Shown here: in pieces, positions 36,726 through 41,085 of the stretch
How the letters are laid out: each line of letters begins with the position of its first letter
Position numbering within the stretch: the first letter of the stretch is position 1
Assembly: GCA_031281125.1 (NCBI GenBank)
Contig: JAITFU010000030.1
Location: forward strand, 1 to 41,085
Direction: 5' to 3'
Source of the DNA: Prevotellaceae bacterium
Lineage (GTDB): Bacteria; Bacteroidota; Bacteroidia; Bacteroidales; UBA932
DNA length: 41,085 bases
The notes under the pieces: generated by a model
What the model saw: only the letters and a program-made list of their open reading frames with translations
The model's database searches: none
Told to the model about the DNA's origin: nothing
Position numbers and translations under genes: made by a program

Positions 36726-38285
36726 ATGTCACGCATCCGTTTTTTTAACACAACAGGTCCCTGCAACCCCAACGACCACTATATGTTGCCGCCAAAAGAG
36801 CGCTTGGTGGGCGCTCAGTTGCATCGCTATCTTCGCGACAGCCTCTATTGGGTACTTCATGCGCCAAGACAAACCGGAAAAACCACATTTTTACAAAGTT
36901 GGATGCGGGAGATCAACGCTACAGAATCATACGTGGCCTGCTACGTAAGCGTAGAGACGTGTCAGGGCATTTCCAACGCCGAGATTGCCTTTCCTACCAT
37001 CTGCAACGCTATTAAGTTTTTCGCGACATCATTTGAAGTTCCTGTCCCACAAACAAATGACACAAATTCAATTAGTTTGTTCGGCAGCATGTTGCACGAA
37101 TGGTCTAAGTTGGTTGCACCAAAGCCTTTGGTTGTTCTTTTTGACGAAGTGGATGTTCTTCAGGACGAGACGCTTATCACCTTTTTGCGCACACTGCGCG
37201 GCGGTTTTGCCTCTCGTGGGGTTGGGACGTTTCCTGTTTCGGTCGTATTGGTGGGGATGCGCGATCTTAAAGATTACATCGCGGCATCAAAGGGAGGATT
37301 TTCGCCCAATCCGGGATCTCCGTTTAATATTAAAGCCGATTCGGCAGTCATCACCAATTTTTCCAAAGAGAATATAACCCGACTCTTTGCACAACGAACG
37401 GAGGAGACAGGGCAACAGATTGCTCCGGATGCCCTTGATTATGTGTTTGAACAGTCCAAAGGACAACCATGGATTGTAAACAGCCTCTTCGCAAGGGCTA
37501 CCATGCGTGTGTTGGACGAAAATTGTACCCAAACCGTGACCCTTGACCACATCAGGGAGGCGCGTCAACAAATGATCTTAGCGCGAGAAACGCACTTAGA
37601 TGCATTGGCCTATCGACTCGATAATCCACAAGTTCGCAACATTATGCAATCTTTAATGAGCGGTGAGCCCGATCCCACAATGGCAAACAGCGAAGCATTT
37701 CGTCTCTGCTTGGACCTGGGTTTGGTGTCGCTTGATCAAGGGATGCCGCAGGTGACCAATCCTATTTACCGCGAAATCTTGGCACGTCAGATGACCTTTG
37801 GCCCCCAAATGGCCATTCCAATACCCGAATGGCAGTGGCAACTCGCCGATGGTAACTTAAATATGGATAAGTTGCTGCACGAATTTCAAGTTTTCTGGCG
37901 CCGCCATGCCGATATTTGGGAAGAAAAATCTGACTACTCAGAAGCGTTTCCCCATTTGCTGTTGATGGCCTTTTTGCAACGTGTGCTTAACGGTGGTGGG
38001 CGTATCGAACGCGAATATGCCGCCGGCCGTGGCCGAATGGATTTAGCAGTCGAATTTAATTACAAGTGGTTTATCATAGAGATCAAATTGATACACGATT
38101 ATGATGCGCCGCAAACCGTCGAAGAGGAGGGATTGGAACAAATCTCACGTTATCGCGACAAGATCGATCCTGCCGCCCAATCCTACTTAGTAATCTTTGA
38201 TCGCCGTTCAAAATCGCTACAAACTCCTTGGGCCGACAGGATCCAATGGCGTATGGTCGGCGATATTGCTGTTTTGAGCTGCTAA
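36726..38285 (+). CDS. AAA/ORC-like ATPase with a C-terminal PD-(D/E)xK nuclease-like domain
   Basis: 519-aa ORF. Characteristic N-terminus FFNTTGPCNPNDHYMLPP. Walker A HAPRQTGKTTFL and Walker B LVVLFDEVD. C-terminal GRGRMDLAVEFNYKWFIIEIKL (D...E.K). Confidence 0.8.
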   Translation: MSRIRFFNTTGPCNPNDHYMLPPKERLVGAQLHRYLRDSLYWVLHAPRQTGKTTFLQSWMREINATESYVACYVSVETCQGISNAEIAFPTICNAIKFFATSFEVPVPQTNDTNSISLFGSMLHEWSKLVAPKPLVVLFDEVDVLQDETLITFLRTLRGGFASRGVGTFPVSVVLVGMRDLKDYIAASKGGFSPNPGSPFNIKADSAVITNFSKENITRLFAQRTEETGQQIAPDALDYVFEQSKGQPWIVNSLFARATMRVLDENCTQTVTLDHIREARQQMILARETHLDALAYRLDNPQVRNIMQSLMSGEPDPTMANSEAFRLCLDLGLVSLDQGMPQVTNPIYREILARQMTFGPQMAIPIPEWQWQLADGNLNMDKLLHEFQVFWRRHADIWEEKSDYSEAFPHLLLMAFLQRVLNGGGRIEREYAAGRGRMDLAVEFNYKWFIIEIKLIHDYDAPQTVEEEGLEQISRYRDKIDPAAQSYLVIFDRRSKSLQTPWADRIQWRMVGDIAVLSC

Positions 38286-38327
38286 AAAAAATCAGGCACG
38301 AATTTTGTGTTATTTTTGAAAAAATTA

Positions 38328-38335
38328 TTACCTTT
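38328..38335 (+). promoter_or_regulatory. -7 promoter box TACCTTTG upstream of the TPR gene
   Basis: TACCTTTG, 16 nt upstream of the ATG at 38351 and 28 nt upstream of the alternative ATG at 38363. Confidence 0.4.
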
Positions 38336-38350
38336 GTATTATAATTACTA

Positions 38351-39319
38351 ATGTACAGACACATGAGACAAATCAAATTTTTCCTTATGAGTGGCGTATG
38401 CACGCTCTTTTTTGCTATTGTAGCAAATGCACAAGACATTAACCAAGCCATTGAGTTGAACAACAAAGGCGCAGAAGCCGTTCAGGCAAAAGAGTGGGTT
38501 GGCGCCATTACTCAGTTTAACCTGGCGCTTGCCGTTGCACAAGAATTGGAGGAGGAAGAAGCTGCCGATATGGTTCAACAAATCAAAGACTTTATCCCTG
38601 CCCTCCACCTCTTTTTGGGTCAAGAACTTGCCAAAGAGGCACAAATTGAAGAAGCTATTGAACAACTGAACAAGGCCATTGAGTTGGCCCAACTCTACGA
38701 CGACTTTGGCACCACCGCAATCGATGCAAAAAAACTGATCGATCAGCTTAAAATGAAGACAGCCAACGATCTATTTAATGACAAAAAGTATGAAGAGGCC
38801 ATTGTTGCATTTCAAAATGTGTTGGAGACCGATCCAAATAACGGAAGCATATATTTATACATAGGTGTATCGCACGCTGCGCTCAACAACGACCCAAAGG
38901 CCATAGAAGCGTATCAAAAAGCTATTGACCTTGGCAACAAAGATGCCGCCACACGTTTGGCCAATCTCTATGTTACTCAGGCCAATGCCGCCAATAAAGA
39001 CAAAAAATGGGCGGTGATGAACGACCTTGCCAAAAAAGCGCTTGCCATAACCCCCGATAACGCCAATGCCCTAAAATTTATCGGCATTTCGGCATTTGAG
39101 CAAAAGAAGTATGACGAGGCAATTCCTGCATTGGAAAAGACCATTGCCGCCAACCCCAACGCTCCCGACAAAAACGGCATCATATACCGATTGGCCCAAG
39201 CATTTGAGGCGCAAAACAAAAACAGCCAAGCGTGCGCCCAATACAAGTTACTTCTTAACGACGCCACCTTTAAACAAATGGCCGAGCACAAGATCAAGAA
39301 TGTGCTCAAATGTCAATAA
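38351..39319 (+). CDS. Secreted tetratricopeptide-repeat (TPR) protein
   Basis: 322-aa ORF. Signal peptide (MRQIKFFLMSGVCTLFFAIVANAQ). Repeated A..Y..A/EEAI..F..AL..DPNN-type 34-aa units. The start may be 38363. Confidence 0.85.
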   Translation: MYRHMRQIKFFLMSGVCTLFFAIVANAQDINQAIELNNKGAEAVQAKEWVGAITQFNLALAVAQELEEEEAADMVQQIKDFIPALHLFLGQELAKEAQIEEAIEQLNKAIELAQLYDDFGTTAIDAKKLIDQLKMKTANDLFNDKKYEEAIVAFQNVLETDPNNGSIYLYIGVSHAALNNDPKAIEAYQKAIDLGNKDAATRLANLYVTQANAANKDKKWAVMNDLAKKALAITPDNANALKFIGISAFEQKKYDEAIPALEKTIAANPNAPDKNGIIYRLAQAFEAQNKNSQACAQYKLLLNDATFKQMAEHKIKNVLKCQ

Positions 39320-39364
39320 GGCACACGTTTGCACCATTTTTTCAGAAAGATTTGTGGGGAAGAT

Positions 39365-39553
39365 ATGAAATACAGCAAATTGATACAAGTTCTTCATCAT
39401 CATGGATGGGAGATAACAGGTCAGAGAGGAAGTCATCTAAAGATGAGACATCCTTTACGAGAAAATGCTTTGATTGTTCCGAATCATGGCACAAAAGAAA
39501 TTGGCAAAGGTTTGGCAATAAAAATATTAAAGAGTGCAGGAATTATAGAATAA
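39365..39553 (+). CDS. hicA: HicA-family mRNA interferase toxin
   Basis: Frame of ORF 39329..39553, with the start moved to MKYSKLIQVLHHHGWEITGQRGSHLKMRHP. This is the canonical HicA GW...GSH core. 62 aa. Confidence 0.85.
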   Translation: MKYSKLIQVLHHHGWEITGQRGSHLKMRHPLRENALIVPNHGTKEIGKGLAIKILKSAGIIE

Positions 39554-39560
39554 ATGCGTT

Positions 39561-39833
39561 ATGAAAACATTATATGTAGTTTTAGAGAAAGCAAAAGATG
39601 GATACGGTGTGTGGATAGATGAGTTTCCAAATGTTTTCTCGTTTGGAAAAACTGTTGAAGAGGCAAAAAAGAACATTCGAACAGCTTTGGAGTATGCATT
39701 TGAAGATGTAGTTGAAAAACCGTTGTGGCTTTCGGATGGCTTTGAAATCGATGTACGATGCTCCACAACCAACCCTATTCAATTCAATCTCACTCCATGC
39801 TCTTCTCCTCTATACCCGGCCACTCCTTATTAA
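39561..39833 (+). CDS. hicB: HicB-like antitoxin (N-terminal domain only)
   Basis: 90-aa ORF, 7 nt after hicA. YVVLEKAKDGYGVWIDEFPNVFSFGKTVEEAKKNIRTALEYAFE is the HicB partial-RNaseH-like fold signature. The last ~20 codons overlap holB and look non-native. Confidence 0.72.
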   Translation: MKTLYVVLEKAKDGYGVWIDEFPNVFSFGKTVEEAKKNIRTALEYAFEDVVEKPLWLSDGFEIDVRCSTTNPIQFNLTPCSSPLYPATPY

Positions 39834-40918
39834 AAGAGCGCCTTGCCGATATGGCCAATGCAGGCCGAACCCCACATTCGTTGCTCTTTTGGGGCGACTG
39901 GGGGGTGGGAGCGTTGCCTTTGGCACTGGCGTTGGCGCAACTTATGGTGTGCAAAGCCAAAGAGAATGGGGATGCGTGCGGGAAATGCCCACCCTGCAAC
40001 AAGATGCAAAAGCTAATCCATCCCGATCTTCACTTTGCCATACCTGTGAACAGCGTCAAACCATCTGACCGTAATCCCGTTACTGATCTTTACATCTCAA
40101 AATGGAGAGAGACCCTGATTGCCAATCCTTTTCTCTCAGAATTTGATTGGTACGAAGCGCTCGGAATTGACAACAAAAGCGGAAACATTAGTGTTCATGA
40201 AGCAGACGCCATCCAAAAGAAGCTCAGTCTCAAGCCTTACGAAGGAGAAGTAAAATTTATGATCGTTTGGTTGCCCGAAAAAATGAACATTCAGGCTTCC
40301 AACACCATCCTCAAAATTTTGGAAGAGCCGCCATTGGGCACCCACTTCTTTTTGGTCAGCGAACATCCCGAACTCCTGTTAAGCACCATTCGCTCACGCT
40401 GTCAGGCTATTAGGGTAAACCCAATTTCTCAGGAAGAGTTGGCTCCGGCCCTATCCAAAGATCTCTATATCTCACATCAAGAGGCATTGACCTTGGCGCG
40501 CCACGCCAACGGAAGTTACGGTAAAGCGCGCGCCGTCTCCAACCGATCGGAACAACAAGAAGAGTTAATAAAGTATGCATCTGATTTAATGACACTTTGT
40601 GTCGATAAAAAACTTCTCTCTCTCATTGAATGGGCTGACGACGTAGCAGGTCTTGGACGGGAACAACAACGACAAATGGTTGCCTATACACTTGATCTGT
40701 TGCGAGAAGTACACGTCGAACATCTTCACGCCCGCCACATCAGTAACGCCCTTGCAAGCGACCTTCCTCATCTTGGCGCCTGGGCATCCAACCGCCCGCC
40801 TCACTTCTTTTCACAAGCAGTCGAAGCCCTCAACGGCGCCCTCAGCGACATCGACCGCAACGTCAACGCCAAGATGACCTTCTACTCGACCGCCTTGCGC
40901 CTCTTTTTTGCATCATAA
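39797..40918 (+). CDS. holB: DNA polymerase III subunit delta prime
   Basis: Frame of ORF 39758..40918, with the start moved to MLFSSIPGHSLLKERLADMANAGRTPHSLLFWG. Zn-module-like CKAKENGDACGKCPPCNKM, ILKILEEPP, and the sensor SRCQ motif are present. Confidence 0.9.
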   Translation: MLFSSIPGHSLLKERLADMANAGRTPHSLLFWGDWGVGALPLALALAQLMVCKAKENGDACGKCPPCNKMQKLIHPDLHFAIPVNSVKPSDRNPVTDLYISKWRETLIANPFLSEFDWYEALGIDNKSGNISVHEADAIQKKLSLKPYEGEVKFMIVWLPEKMNIQASNTILKILEEPPLGTHFFLVSEHPELLLSTIRSRCQAIRVNPISQEELAPALSKDLYISHQEALTLARHANGSYGKARAVSNRSEQQEELIKYASDLMTLCVDKKLLSLIEWADDVAGLGREQQRQMVAYTLDLLREVHVEHLHARHISNALASDLPHLGAWASNRPPHFFSQAVEALNGALSDIDRNVNAKMTFYSTALRLFFAS

Positions 40919-40925
40919 TAATTAC

Positions 40926-40933
40926 TATCTTTG
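40926..40933 (+). promoter_or_regulatory. -7 promoter box TATCTTTG upstream of the last partial ORF
   Basis: TATCTTTG, 23 nt upstream of the ATG at 40956. Confidence 0.4.
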
Positions 40934-40955
40934 CCGAGTCCCTAACCTCCATTTT

Positions 40956-41085
40956 ATGCAAGACCAAACCACCGACATATTAGACTTTTATCCCATCTAC
41001 ACCCCCACCGATGACGAACCTGTTCGGGATTGCGCCCGCGGCTGTACCGTTGCGCGCTCCCATCAGGGAGAGTTGTCGTGCCAAA
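40956..41085 (+). CDS. Partial CDS (N-terminal 43 codons). Possibly a PSP1/YaaT (RicT)-like protein, judged only from position after holB
   Basis: ATG at 40956 opens MQDQTTDILDFYPIYTPTDDEPVRDCARGCTVARSHQGELSCQ, which stays open to the window end. The Cys-rich N-terminus and holB-adjacent position resemble the holB-yaaT synteny known in other bacteria. The family call is a weak inference. Confidence 0.35.
   Translation, partial: MQDQTTDILDFYPIYTPTDDEPVRDCARGCTVARSHQGELSCQ

Noticed and set aside
7359-39796. Longer N-terminal extensions given in the ORF track for the MTase (7359), smpB (12145), pgk (16118), frr (19583), DUF3791 (23544), DUF3990 (23801), hicA (39329) and holB (39758)
   Set aside because: For the MTase, smpB, pgk and DUF3791, the TAnnTTTG box lies inside or overlaps the extension. 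For frr, DUF3990, hicA and holB, the extension overlaps the upstream gene or adds non-family residues. In all cases an internal Met reproduces the canonical family N-terminus.
1-41085. Scan of intergenic regions for tRNA, rRNA, tmRNA, transposase or integrase genes and IS inverted repeats
   Set aside because: I found no cloverleaf-compatible segment, no rRNA-like stretch, and no DDE or tyrosine/serine recombinase ORF. This eye scan cannot exclude small ncRNAs.

Overview
This window looks like a Bacteroidota (probably Bacteroidales) chromosomal segment. Evidence: a SusC/SusD pair, BACON-repeat lipoproteins, a DUF3791/DUF3990 pair, and a TAnnTTTG -7 box about 15-50 nt upstream of most gene starts I assign. 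The backbone is housekeeping: miaA, lgt, smpB, pgk, frr, pyrH, hemW and holB, plus an rRNA-methyltransferase-like gene, an amidohydrolase and a TPR protein.

Four short, visibly AT-richer gaps in this backbone each carry a tightly coupled two-gene module:
- an M.EcoRI-family N6A methyltransferase with a DUF262(DGQQR)-HNH nuclease (7.4-9.7 kb)
- a DUF3800 protein with an unknown 168-aa partner (17.6-18.8 kb)
- DUF3791 with DUF3990, which has ART-like H-Y-E motifs (23.6-24.5 kb)
- hicA/hicB, abutting holB (39.4-39.8 kb)
A stand-alone AAA ATPase with a PD-(D/E)xK nuclease domain lies at 36.7-38.3 kb.

The largest unexplained block is a roughly 12 kb minus-strand cluster (24.56-36.66 kb). It encodes four very large lipoproteins (737, 943, 875 and 1076 aa) and a 282-aa outer-membrane beta-barrel. 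No catalytic domain is recognisable by eye. This is my best candidate for an undescribed cell-surface system.

A second oddity is an 800-codon ORF in which Lgt reads without a stop into a lipoprotein precursor. That precursor has its own AGGAGG/ATG/lipobox, a GAGIGGG beta-helix repeat array and an in-frame G8 tract.

I saw no rRNA, tRNA, CRISPR array, transposase or integrase. All family assignments come from motif recognition by eye. No searches were run.
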